Below, piece after piece: positions 48,000-57,841 of a stretch of DNA of 64,000 bases. The notes under the pieces are model-generated. The model ran no database searches and was not told the origin of the DNA. It saw only the letters and a program-made list of their open reading frames with translations. The translations under genes and the position numbers were made by a program. The first letter of the stretch is position 1, and every line of letters starts with the position of its first letter. The DNA is from Parcubacteria group bacterium (GTDB lineage: Bacteria; Patescibacteriota; Patescibacteriia; Buchananbacterales; UBA6539), in contig NYZP01000019.1 in assembly GCA_002687175.1 (NCBI GenBank), positions 14,629 to 78,628 on the forward strand, read 5' to 3'.

Positions 48000-49333
48000 G
48001 ATGCTTTTTGCTGTATTTTATTTAATTGATTTCTTAACAGAAAAAAATTAACTACTAAGGAAAAAAGAGCCCAATAAATTATCAGAGTGATAACACTTTT
48101 TAAAGGTGACATAAATTGCAATATAAAAATAAATAAAGCGAGGCCAGAAACTAAATTAGTGACATTAGCTGCTATCACTGTCTTCATTTTATTCATCGTT
48201 CTATATAATGAACTGTAACCAACGGCAAATCCTGCCATGATAGTACTAAGACTTAAAACATAAACTAAATTAATACTTGGAATAAATTCACGCCCATATA
48301 AAAATTTAATAAGCACTGAAGCAATCACTAAAAAACCTAAAGTTAAAATAATAAAAATTATACCAGTATAAAATGACGATTTATAAAAATTACTTTTTAA
48401 ATCTCTAGCGCTAGCAGCCTTAGCTTTAGGTAATTGAACTTGTAATAGTCTGGCAATTGGTCCTAAAAATATTTTTGGTAATGTTAAATAAGCAATCGCT
48501 ATTTTTAAATTAGCAACTTGCTCTGGTGTTCCTAAAAAACCTAAAAAAATTAAAGGTAAAATAGCAAAAGAGTTAGCAATGTTTTTATCAACTGCAATAG
48601 TAAAACCAAATTTAAAATATTTAGAAACTTTTACTTTACTAAAGTTTTTATATATTTCTACCAATGATGGGACTAATTTATTACGCCGAGAAAAATGAAA
48701 GTATACCCATAACGAAAAAAACATAAAAACTATCGTGGTCAATAAGTGACCCCAAACAATCCCCCAAAGACCCAAACCTAATAAAACAAAAATAGCCGGA
48801 ATAAGATTTAAAAATAATTTATTAATATTTTCTACTACTGTTAAGTACCTTATTTTTCTTAATACTTGAAGCATAATTACCAGTAAAGAAAAAAATGTAC
48901 GAATAATAACAGCTATTAAAATTAATCTAGCTAAGTTACCAATTTGTGGTTGATGATATAAAATATTGGTTAACCAGGGAGCTAGAATAATTGCTAAAAA
49001 ACCAACGGTTAATACAGAAATTAAACTAACTTTTAAAAAATAGGTTAGAATATCTTTTACTTCGTCTTTATTACCGTTAGCATATGCCTCAGACAACAAG
49101 GTAATAGTGGCATAGCCAATCCCCCAATCCATAAAAATACCAACTAAAGCAGTAAAAGCAAAAATCAAAGCATAATTTCCATAAACTTCAGCTCCTAAGA
49201 CACGGGCAAAGATAACCGAGGCTACCAAGGCGATAGCTGTACCAAAAAAAGATCCTACTTGTAAGGTAAATACATCTCTGACAAACTTTAAATTTCTAAA
49301 ATAATTAAATTTATTTGTTAAAACCTTAACCAT
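47996..49333 (-). CDS. wzx: Wzx-type oligosaccharide flippase
   Basis: ARVLGAEVYG and LYGREF motifs, about 12 TM helices. Start set at the ATG at 49333. Confidence 0.88.
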   Translation of the reverse strand: MVKVLTNKFNYFRNLKFVRDVFTLQVGSFFGTAIALVASVIFARVLGAEVYGNYALIFAFTALVGIFMDWGIGYATITLLSEAYANGNKDEVKDILTYFLKVSLISVLTVGFLAIILAPWLTNILYHQPQIGNLARLILIAVIIRTFFSLLVIMLQVLRKIRYLTVVENINKLFLNLIPAIFVLLGLGLWGIVWGHLLTTIVFMFFSLWVYFHFSRRNKLVPSLVEIYKNFSKVKVSKYFKFGFTIAVDKNIANSFAILPLIFLGFLGTPEQVANLKIAIAYLTLPKIFLGPIARLLQVQLPKAKAASARDLKSNFYKSSFYTGIIFIILTLGFLVIASVLIKFLYGREFIPSINLVYVLSLSTIMAGFAVGYSSLYRTMNKMKTVIAANVTNLVSGLALFIFILQFMSPLKSVITLIIYWALFSLVVNFFLLRNQLNKIQQKAS

Positions 49334-50444
49334 AAACTTTTTTATATTTTTCAATAACCTCTGACCAATCAAATTGTCGTACCCATTTTTTACCATTGAC
49401 TCCTAATTCTTGTGAGAAGTCTTTATCTTTTAAAATTTTAATAATTGCTTGAGCAGTTTGGTCAATGTTCTCTTGTTCAACTAATAAACCGCTATAACCA
49501 TCTCTGATGGCATCTTCGGCACCGCAACCTTTAGTACCAATAACTGGTTTACCATAGGCGCTAGCCTCTAAATAAACTAAACCAAAACCCTCAAACTTAT
49601 TTTTACTGACAACAATTGGCGTTAACAAAAAAAGATTACATTTTTGATAGAAATCTTTTAGCTCATTATCAGATAAATTTTGTAAAAATATAACAGTTTG
49701 TTCTAATCCATGTTTAGCGGTTAATTCCTCAAGTTGATTAAAATAGTCAGCGTCTGGTTTACTGGCAACAATAAAATATTTAACGTCGGGAATTTCTTTT
49801 TTAACCTTGGCCATAGCGGCAATAGTAACATGATAACCTTTACGATGTTTCAAGTTACCGACACTTAGGACAATCGGAAAATCTTCTTGACCATGACGAT
49901 CAACTAACTGGCCTTGACTGGTAAATTCATCCAAGTTAATTCCATTACTAATGACTTCTAAATTATTGAGTTCTATCCTTTTGGTAATTTGTTGCTTAGT
50001 AAAATTACTAACACATATAACTTTGTAAGCCACTTTAAAGGATTTTATTAACAGACCACGAGAACGTTTATTGTCCAACGGGGCAACACCGTAAGTACCG
50101 TGAACGGTAATAAATCTTTTTTTAAATTTAGCTGGAATGAAACTAAAAAAAGTACAGTAAGGATAATCAGAAAAAAAATGAACTAAATCTGCTTTTAAAA
50201 AATAAGGTAAAATTTTAAGTGTTTGCCGTAGATAAATCAACGGCTTTGTTAATTTTTCTATTGCCGGTAAATCGTAAATTTTCAACTTCAAACCGTCTAA
50301 ATCATGTTCGTCAGACCTTGGTCTTTCCGAAGTAAAAACAGTGATTTGAAAATCACTACTTAACTGCTTCAGCATTTCCACAGAGTATCTCCCCTGCCCT
50401 TCAGTCACCGATAACGACCTGGTTAAAACTAACAATTGTTTCAT
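49326..50444 (-). CDS. GT4 family glycosyltransferase
   Basis: NGI, RKG, EGFGLVYLEA. Confidence 0.92.
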   Translation of the reverse strand: MKQLLVLTRSLSVTEGQGRYSVEMLKQLSSDFQITVFTSERPRSDEHDLDGLKLKIYDLPAIEKLTKPLIYLRQTLKILPYFLKADLVHFFSDYPYCTFFSFIPAKFKKRFITVHGTYGVAPLDNKRSRGLLIKSFKVAYKVICVSNFTKQQITKRIELNNLEVISNGINLDEFTSQGQLVDRHGQEDFPIVLSVGNLKHRKGYHVTIAAMAKVKKEIPDVKYFIVASKPDADYFNQLEELTAKHGLEQTVIFLQNLSDNELKDFYQKCNLFLLTPIVVSKNKFEGFGLVYLEASAYGKPVIGTKGCGAEDAIRDGYSGLLVEQENIDQTAQAIIKILKDKDFSQELGVNGKKWVRQFDWSEVIEKYKKVYG

Positions 50445-51814
50445 AATGCTGAGCGGACAAATTTTACTAGCCGAGTATAAAATTCCGGCTTTAGGAAATA
50501 AAAATTACCAAAATTGTATTTATATTTATAGTGCCAACGGTAAATTCTGGCTAACCACGGTGGCTGAGCTACGCCAACACGGCCGGCATATTTTTCTAAA
50601 TTTTCCCAGTCAAAATCTTTACCTTCTTGTTTTTTTAACATCTGATACATTTCCGTTCCAAAATAAGGGATTGGTAAGTTAGGAGCACACATCGTTTTTA
50701 TTTTATTATCAGCTAAAAATTTTTCGGTTTCAGCAATCGTCTGCCTGGTTTCACCAGGAAGATTCAAAATTGAATAGGCACCAATATTAATGTTGTGCTT
50801 TTTACAAATATCAATTGAATTTTGGGTCTCAGACATCTTAACCTGTTTTTTGGCCATGTCTAAAACTTTTTGAGAGCCACTTTCAAAACCAATGTTAATT
50901 CGGACACAGCCAGCTTTTTTCATTTTAGCTACTCGTTCATCTGTTAAATCAGAAACCCTGGCATTGGCGCCCCATTTAATATCTAAACCGGCTTCAATAA
51001 TTAAATCGCAGATCTTTTCTACTCGTGAATGAATTATCAAAAACTCCCAGTCCTGAAAATATATTCCCTTGATCCCATAATTTTCTGCCAAGTACTTCAT
51101 CTCTGCTACTACACTTTCCGGACTGCGAACAATGTAAAGTTTATCCATCATCTTTTTTAAACAATAAGTACAGTTAAATGGACAACCACGGGAAGTGATC
51201 ATCAAAGAAAATGGTTTAGGAATATCAGGGAAAGAATAGCTGTACTTGTCCATTGGTAATAAATCAAAAGCCGGGTAAGGCATCTCATCTAAACTTTTAT
51301 TCCGTCTGGCATCAGGGTTATTAGTGATCTGGCCGTCTTTAACATAAGAGATGCCGGCGACGTTTGAAGTATCTCCACCAGCAACCAAGGTATTTACTAA
51401 ATCTACGGTGGTTAGTTCTGGTTCGCCACGAATGACATAATCAACTTTGGCTCTTTCTAAAATCCATTCCGGTTTCACCGTACCATGTGAACCAAGTAAT
51501 ATAGTATGCTTGATTTCTACACTATTGATAGTATTTACCAAATTATCAATCAATAACTTAATGTGGGCATGCGATGGTACCTCCCAACGGTCCATGGGAG
51601 TTGAGGTTAAAATAAGCATGTCCGGTTTAAACTTTCTAATTTTTTCAATAGTACTGGCAAAATCTAACTTAAGAACGTTAGCATCCAAGAGTCTAATTTC
51701 ATGCTTATCACGAAGCAAACTGGCAATGTAAGCCAAGCCTAGCGGCTGACGTCGACGTGACAGCGTTTTAAGTTTTCCCGTAAAAAGAAATGGATTAAGA
51801 ATAAATATCTTCAT
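50441..51814 (-). CDS. B12-binding radical SAM enzyme
   Basis: PLGLAYIAS, GSH, GEPE, SRGCPFNCTYC, GFESG. Confidence 0.92.
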   Translation of the reverse strand: MKIFILNPFLFTGKLKTLSRRRQPLGLAYIASLLRDKHEIRLLDANVLKLDFASTIEKIRKFKPDMLILTSTPMDRWEVPSHAHIKLLIDNLVNTINSVEIKHTILLGSHGTVKPEWILERAKVDYVIRGEPELTTVDLVNTLVAGGDTSNVAGISYVKDGQITNNPDARRNKSLDEMPYPAFDLLPMDKYSYSFPDIPKPFSLMITSRGCPFNCTYCLKKMMDKLYIVRSPESVVAEMKYLAENYGIKGIYFQDWEFLIIHSRVEKICDLIIEAGLDIKWGANARVSDLTDERVAKMKKAGCVRINIGFESGSQKVLDMAKKQVKMSETQNSIDICKKHNINIGAYSILNLPGETRQTIAETEKFLADNKIKTMCAPNLPIPYFGTEMYQMLKKQEGKDFDWENLEKYAGRVGVAQPPWLARIYRWHYKYKYNFGNFYFLKPEFYTRLVKFVRSAL

Positions 51815-51828
51815 ATATCTAATATAAA

Positions 51829-52413
51829 TTATTTGATCATATAAGCATTATACCCCGACGTTTGGTTTTTAGAAGGTAGTAAATTATCTAAAATTCTGGC
51901 TATTGGCCGACAAAACCGACGGATTGGACTAACCGGGAATAGATTAACAATGGTCTCAAAAATACCTCTAACTTTAAAAATTTCAATTTTAGAAAAATCC
52001 CTAAACATATACTTAACACCATCGGCAGTAAAGCGATAAAAATCGCCATAATAGCCCTTTTCCGCATGATAAGGGTATAAAAATGGTACTGATACCAAAC
52101 ACTTGCCACCGGGCTTTAAAACACGGTGCATTTCAGCCACTGCTTTAAAAGGATCATCAATATGTTCCAGAACCGCCCGACAAATTAAAGCATCAAGGCT
52201 AGCATCAGCTAAAGGAATATTCTTGATATCCCCGATAATATCTGGTTTATAGTCAGGTACATTATCTAAAGTTTTGTAATCAGCTTGACTAAACAAGGCC
52301 TCATATTCCTTCATTCCTTTTTGAAATCTGTTGCCACCTCCAACATCCAAAACAGATTTGGAAGTTTTGGCAATTTCAGATATTTTTTCATCCCAAAATA
52401 TTTTCCACTTCAT
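51829..52413 (-). CDS. class I SAM-dependent methyltransferase (Methyltransf_11)
   Basis: VLDVGGG, VLEH, RVLKPGG, PFLYPYH...DFYRFT. Confidence 0.9.
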   Translation of the reverse strand: MKWKIFWDEKISEIAKTSKSVLDVGGGNRFQKGMKEYEALFSQADYKTLDNVPDYKPDIIGDIKNIPLADASLDALICRAVLEHIDDPFKAVAEMHRVLKPGGKCLVSVPFLYPYHAEKGYYGDFYRFTADGVKYMFRDFSKIEIFKVRGIFETIVNLFPVSPIRRFCRPIARILDNLLPSKNQTSGYNAYMIK

Positions 52414-52461
52414 ATAATTATGACGTTATTTATCACTATTAGTTTCAGAAGGTATACTCGT

Positions 52462-53616
52462 TTAGGAAATAAAATTTAACACCTTTTTAGCTCTTTTATC
52501 CCAGGTGTAATCCTGAACCGTAGTATAGGCATTCTGGGAAACCTTCTCTGCTAGCTCTTCGTTGGATAAAATATTTTTAATACCATCTGCTAGGGCTGAG
52601 GAATCATCTGGTGCAACTAGCACTGCATTGTCTGAATTTAAAACTTCTTTGATCGACGGAATGTCCGAAGCAACAATCGGTTTGTTAGCGGCCATATATT
52701 CAAACATCTTCATTGGTGAAGTGTAATGTTCAGAAATTTTATTCTTGCCTGAGTTAGGTAATACTAGGATATCGGCGGCTTTAAGGTAAACTGGAATATC
52801 CTTTGGCGGTTTATAACCAACGATTAAAATATTTCTTAAATTTTTTTCTGAAATAAATTTATTTAATTTTTTTTGATCATGTTCCATGCCGCCAACTATA
52901 ACTATTAAATCATTATCGGCTAAATAACTGGATGATTCAACCAATCGGTTTACTCCCTTCCAACCAAATAAATGCCCCGTGTATAAAATAATATTTTTAT
53001 CAAGCGGTAAACCTAATTGGTCGCGACACTCTTTTCTAGTTTTGGAAATTACAAATTGTTTTAGGTCTACAGCATCGGCCGATACCACAATTTTATCTTG
53101 ACTTACCCCCAATTGATTCTCTAGTAAACCCTGAAGACCTTTAGTGATAACAACTATTTTTTTTACTCTGCGAAAAAGAAATTTGAATAAAATCATTTTG
53201 TATAATTTTTTGCTTTCAGTAAAAGTATGAAGTTCAAAAACCAAATTTTTTTTAAAAAAACTTAATAAGAACAAAGAAAATTCATCTCGAGAATAAATAA
53301 TATCTGCTTTACTAAACAGTAAGCTAAAAAATGCTGAGATGGCAAACGAAGTATTTTGCAATGGTACGCTTAAGCCTTTAATTGAGAGACCAAGGTCAAC
53401 TAAATCTATTAGCGGTAATTTTTTAATTTTGAATCTTTTTTTAAGACCGTAATAATTAAAAGGATCTTCATGCTCCAGTTGATTATTAGCCCGCTTAGCC
53501 ACCACCAATTCTACGTCAACTCCCTGACCTTGAAAAGCTTCTACCATCTTCATTATCTGAAGACCGTGAGCTTTTTCAGTTGGAATTCTAGCATTTTCTA
53601 AATAGATCATTTTCAT
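52462..53616 (-). CDS. GT4 family glycosyltransferase
   Basis: RIPTEKAHG and SPMKMFEYMAA. Confidence 0.92.
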   Translation of the reverse strand: MKMIYLENARIPTEKAHGLQIMKMVEAFQGQGVDVELVVAKRANNQLEHEDPFNYYGLKKRFKIKKLPLIDLVDLGLSIKGLSVPLQNTSFAISAFFSLLFSKADIIYSRDEFSLFLLSFFKKNLVFELHTFTESKKLYKMILFKFLFRRVKKIVVITKGLQGLLENQLGVSQDKIVVSADAVDLKQFVISKTRKECRDQLGLPLDKNIILYTGHLFGWKGVNRLVESSSYLADNDLIVIVGGMEHDQKKLNKFISEKNLRNILIVGYKPPKDIPVYLKAADILVLPNSGKNKISEHYTSPMKMFEYMAANKPIVASDIPSIKEVLNSDNAVLVAPDDSSALADGIKNILSNEELAEKVSQNAYTTVQDYTWDKRAKKVLNFIS

Positions 53617-53623
53617 AATAAAA

Positions 53624-54724
53624 CTAGTTTCCTGGAATCTGTTTTAAACTATTAGCTACGTACTCTTGCTCTTCTTTAGTAATTCCCAAAAATAGTGGCA
53701 AAGACAGTACTTGTTCAGAAACTTTATCGGTTATTGGACAGGGGTCACCCGATTCTTTATAAAAGGGCTGATCATAAACCGGTACCGGATAATGGACTGC
53801 TGTTTGGATTCCTAGCTCTAACAAGTCTTGTCTAACTTTATCTCTATCCCCTTCTAAGATTCTAATTATATATAAATGATAAATACCAGAGCCCTTATCA
53901 AGCTCTTTAATTAATTTAATTTTATTATTAGATATTAGATCATTATAAATTTTAGCAGACTTAATTCTAGCGTCATTATTATCTTCTAGAAATGGCAACT
54001 TTAAATTTAAACAAATGGCTTGGATTGGATCAAGGCGCATGTTATAACCTAACTGCTCATGTTGATTATTTTTGTTCTTACCTAAATTCCTAATAACATT
54101 AATTTTATTTTTTATTTCTTCATTGTTAGTGACTACTGCTCCCCCATCACCAAAAGCCCCTAAATTTTTAGTCGGATAAAAACTGAAGGTTGCAACATCA
54201 CCCCAATTACCAACGTATTTATCTTTAAACTTTGTCAGATGGGCTTGAGCACAATCTTCAATAACATATAAATTATGCTTTTTAGCAATCTCTACAACTG
54301 TTTCAATGTCACAAGATTGACCATATTGATGTACTGGTAATATTGCTTTGGTTTTGTCAGTGATAATATCCTCAAGTTTCGTAACATCAAGTGTTAAGCT
54401 GTCTTCATTAATATCGCAAAATCGTGGCACAGCTCCCACTCTTAGAATTGCGGTAACCGTGGCATTATAAGCATTCCCCTGAGTTATTACTTCATCACCA
54501 GCTTTAATATCTAGGGCTCGTAAAGCTAAATACAAAGCATCAGCACCGCTACTGGTGCCGATACAAAATTTAGTACCAACGGCTTTGGCCCAGCTATGTT
54601 CAAACTTTTCTACCTCTTCAGTTAAAATAAAACGACCCTGATCTAAAAATTGATCAACTGACTTTAAATAGTCTTCTTTGATTTGTTGAGTATTTTTAGT
54701 TAAATCGTTAAATGGTACATTCAT
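53624..54724 (-). CDS. DegT/DnrJ/EryC1/StrS sugar aminotransferase (FdtB/DesV-like)
   Basis: VPFNDL, EDCAQAH, SFYPTKNLGAFGDGG. Confidence 0.93.
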   Translation of the reverse strand: MNVPFNDLTKNTQQIKEDYLKSVDQFLDQGRFILTEEVEKFEHSWAKAVGTKFCIGTSSGADALYLALRALDIKAGDEVITQGNAYNATVTAILRVGAVPRFCDINEDSLTLDVTKLEDIITDKTKAILPVHQYGQSCDIETVVEIAKKHNLYVIEDCAQAHLTKFKDKYVGNWGDVATFSFYPTKNLGAFGDGGAVVTNNEEIKNKINVIRNLGKNKNNQHEQLGYNMRLDPIQAICLNLKLPFLEDNNDARIKSAKIYNDLISNNKIKLIKELDKGSGIYHLYIIRILEGDRDKVRQDLLELGIQTAVHYPVPVYDQPFYKESGDPCPITDKVSEQVLSLPLFLGITKEEQEYVANSLKQIPGN

Positions 54725-54811
54725 AGTTGTTGACTGATTGATTCATCTCTGTCAAAATGTGAAATAGATATAAATTGGATTAATAATTAATTTGTTATTT
54801 AAGATAATACT

Positions 54812-55303
54812 ATGATTGATGGTGTAAAAGTAAAAAATTTAGTTATTCGCCAGGACATGCCCGACAAGGGAGAAAAAGGTGATGCTCCCAGTGGTGAAAA
54901 ACGCGGTATCTTATTAGAAGTTCTTCGAAAAGATGAAGGACTGTTATCTAAATTTGGTCAAACCGTTTTTACCATTTCTTATAAAAATACGATTAAGGCA
55001 TTTCATTGGCATCGAAAACAAGATGATCTGTGGTTTGTCGCCAGTGGTAAAGCCAAAATTGTTTTATATGATCAGCGTAAGGACTCGCCAACTCATGGTG
55101 AAACTCAGGTTCTTTACGCCGGTACTGATGACTACAAACTTATTTTGATTCCAGTTGGTGTGGCCCATGGTTATAAAGTAATCGGTGATGAACCGGTTCT
55201 GCTGTTTTATCACGTGACTGAAACTTACGTTGATTGGGAACCAGACGAAAAGCGTATTCCCTTCGATGACCCAACTATCAACTTTAACTGGGACGAAGAC
55301 TAG
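54812..55303 (+). CDS. dTDP-4-dehydrorhamnose 3,5-epimerase-like cupin (RmlC/SpsL-like)
   Basis: IKAFHWH, DQRKDSPT, IPVGVAHGY. Confidence 0.88.
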   Translation: MIDGVKVKNLVIRQDMPDKGEKGDAPSGEKRGILLEVLRKDEGLLSKFGQTVFTISYKNTIKAFHWHRKQDDLWFVASGKAKIVLYDQRKDSPTHGETQVLYAGTDDYKLILIPVGVAHGYKVIGDEPVLLFYHVTETYVDWEPDEKRIPFDDPTINFNWDED

Positions 55304-55310
55304 TGGCTAT

Positions 55311-56027
55311 CTAATGCTTAAATAATTTAGTCTCGTCGTCAATCTCTAAAAATTTCTTCATCTTACTAATATCTAAACTGGTGTCTTGGGGCACCCACTC
55401 AGGACGAGGAATGGTTTCAATATCAGACCTCGTTCTTTTGGCATAATCTTCTAAGCTATTTCGCGGCCCACCCAAATTCATTACTCCGGTCGCTTCTGAT
55501 TTAGCTGCTTGAACAATCAATGGTGCCATCTCGTCAACATAAAGCTTGGAATTAAATTGGTCTTCATAAACTTTTTCCCAGGGAAATGGTATTGGACCAA
55601 AACTTAACCGAAGAATCAAATGGTTATCAATCATTCGAACAGCACACTCACCACCAACTTTTGACCAACCAAATTTATAAGGTGTTAAAATAGCTTCATC
55701 TTCTTTATGTGGTCCTGGTCCAGTATATAAATAATCAGTTGAAGTATAAACTAATTTGGCGCCAATCTGATGACAACCTAAAACTATATTAGCCGTACCT
55801 TTAATATTAATTTCTAATCCTGGCTCAGGATTTTTTTCATGTTCTGGTGGTTGAGTAAAAGCCGCTAAATGAATAACCACATCTGGTTTTTCTTTTTGTA
55901 AAACCTCGATCACCTGATCCTTGTTGGTAATGTCTAATTCGGCAACATCAGTAGCAATAATTTCTGGATCAACTTTTTGTATTTCACTACCCATTAAGCC
56001 GGCGCTGCCAGTCATTAAAATTTTCAT
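55311..56027 (-). CDS. RmlD-like reductase with the catalytic Tyr replaced by Phe
   Basis: TGSAGLMG, HLAA, STDY; FGWSK in place of YxxxK. Confidence 0.8.
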   Translation of the reverse strand: MKILMTGSAGLMGSEIQKVDPEIIATDVAELDITNKDQVIEVLQKEKPDVVIHLAAFTQPPEHEKNPEPGLEINIKGTANIVLGCHQIGAKLVYTSTDYLYTGPGPHKEDEAILTPYKFGWSKVGGECAVRMIDNHLILRLSFGPIPFPWEKVYEDQFNSKLYVDEMAPLIVQAAKSEATGVMNLGGPRNSLEDYAKRTRSDIETIPRPEWVPQDTSLDISKMKKFLEIDDETKLFKH

Positions 56028-56665
56028 ACGTTTAATTGTTTAAGATAATCTAAACCTTCTTTAAAAGACGCCATAGCATAATTAGCGTCGCCACTGTTGG
56101 CTAACTGGCGATAATTTAATATTCTAGCAAACTCGGCTGATAATCTTCCTAAACGAGTAGTCACTTCTGGCGGACTGGCTAAAGCTTTTATTTCAATTTC
56201 TTCCATCCAGTTACAATTATTCAAAGTCTTGGGATAAAGTTTTGTGTTAACTTGATTTTTTTTGAAAGTTGCTAAATTTGTCAAAAATGCTCTAATAATA
56301 TGTTGTGGCGTAGAAATTATAATTGCTGAATCAATATTATTTTCTTTAGCAAATTGCATAAAACCTTTGGCTTCAGCATAAGTATGATCAGCCTCGCCAA
56401 TGGAGTGAATCACATCTTGCGGAATAGAAAATTTGTTTTCTAGCTGTTCTTTCCAATATTCAAAACCTTTTAAACCAACTTCGTATTCGTCGTGGCCATT
56501 GAGCACAATCATCTTAGCTCCTGAATCTTCATAATGAAGAGCCACTAATTTAATCATGTCATCCTTTAAATCATCCCAGCCATGGACAAAAATTGCTTCA
56601 GCTTTAACCTGATCTTGATTAAAAATTTTGTTAGTTAGCTCTAACCAGTCTTGTTGGTTTTCCAT
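56024..56665 (-). CDS. YdcF/DUF218-like protein
   Basis: HTYAEA and STPQHIIRA resemble the DUF218 (nT.enA, S..H..RA) motifs. Confidence 0.6.
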   Translation of the reverse strand: MENQQDWLELTNKIFNQDQVKAEAIFVHGWDDLKDDMIKLVALHYEDSGAKMIVLNGHDEYEVGLKGFEYWKEQLENKFSIPQDVIHSIGEADHTYAEAKGFMQFAKENNIDSAIIISTPQHIIRAFLTNLATFKKNQVNTKLYPKTLNNCNWMEEIEIKALASPPEVTTRLGRLSAEFARILNYRQLANSGDANYAMASFKEGLDYLKQLNV

Positions 56666-56668
56666 AAA

Positions 56669-57841
56669 TTATTCAATGATTCGTGGCTGCGGGACATGAG
56701 TAATCCATTTACCGCCACCTTGGCGAAACCAAGCTTGGTACTTATCAATTTCTGGTAAATGATTCCAAGCAAACAAGAAAGAATAATCAACATTTTTAAA
56801 TTCTTCTTGGGGCACAATTGGAATATGTACTCCTGGATAAAATTTACCTTGCTTGATTGGCGTATTGTCAGTAATAAATGGAATTAAATCAGGACCAATG
56901 TCACAGTAATTACAAATAATTACTCCCTTTGAAGTTGCGCCAAAACCACAAATCTTTTTATTTTCTTTTTTAACTTTATTCAAAATGTTTACTAACTCAA
57001 CCTTAGACTTTTTAATATTGCTGTTTAACTCCTCCATTTTTCGGTCTAGATCTTTTTCTTTATTCAACCATTTATCAACTTCTGGTTTCTTAGGAAAATT
57101 ATCTTTGTGACCAACGTACATTCTAAGTTCACCACCATGAACATCAATATGCTCACAGTCAAAAACATGATAACCTAGTGGCTCTAAGACATTATTGATA
57201 AACGAAATGGTAAAATACCAAACATGCTCATCATAGACTTGGTCATAAGAAGTTTTTTCATAGATATCCATAAAGTAAGGATCTTCAAATACCCAAACAC
57301 CTTCTTTGCCAATTAGTTTAGTCACATTTTTTACATAACTTAAAAAATCTTCTATATGACAAGAAACATTGGCACCAAAAACTAAACTAACCTTACCTTT
57401 GCTTAATATATCTTCGACGACTTTATCGTTCATGAAACTATTAATTACATGATGACCTTTAGACCGAGAAACTTCAGCCACATTTTTTGATGGTTCAACC
57501 CCAACTGCGGCCACACCTAATCTTTTCCAAGCTTTAAGCATAATGCCATCATTAGAACCAACTTCCACCACAATTCCCTCTTTAGCATAGGGCGCTAATT
57601 TTTGAGCAGTCTCAGCAAAATGCAATGCCATCCCTTGAGAAGTTGAAGAGAAGAAAGCATAATTTTCGTGAAACATTTTTTCTGGCGGTACTTTATTAAT
57701 TAAGCCAATCGCTTTTGTGTTAGCATCATAACCAAGCACCATGTCATAAAAAAACTCATCTTTAAATTGATCCTCAGTTAAAAAAGCATTAGCAATGGGC
57801 ATTTTGCCAAAATCAATTAGTGGTTGTAATTTTATATCCAT
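56669..57841 (-). CDS. NDP-hexose C-methyltransferase (TcaB9/EryBIII-like)
   Basis: DFGKMPIANAF, EVGSNDG, GVEPS, YDQVYDEH, HGGELR, FGATSKG, KQGKFYPGVHIPI, FAWNH. Confidence 0.92.
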   Translation of the reverse strand: MDIKLQPLIDFGKMPIANAFLTEDQFKDEFFYDMVLGYDANTKAIGLINKVPPEKMFHENYAFFSSTSQGMALHFAETAQKLAPYAKEGIVVEVGSNDGIMLKAWKRLGVAAVGVEPSKNVAEVSRSKGHHVINSFMNDKVVEDILSKGKVSLVFGANVSCHIEDFLSYVKNVTKLIGKEGVWVFEDPYFMDIYEKTSYDQVYDEHVWYFTISFINNVLEPLGYHVFDCEHIDVHGGELRMYVGHKDNFPKKPEVDKWLNKEKDLDRKMEELNSNIKKSKVELVNILNKVKKENKKICGFGATSKGVIICNYCDIGPDLIPFITDNTPIKQGKFYPGVHIPIVPQEEFKNVDYSFLFAWNHLPEIDKYQAWFRQGGGKWITHVPQPRIIE

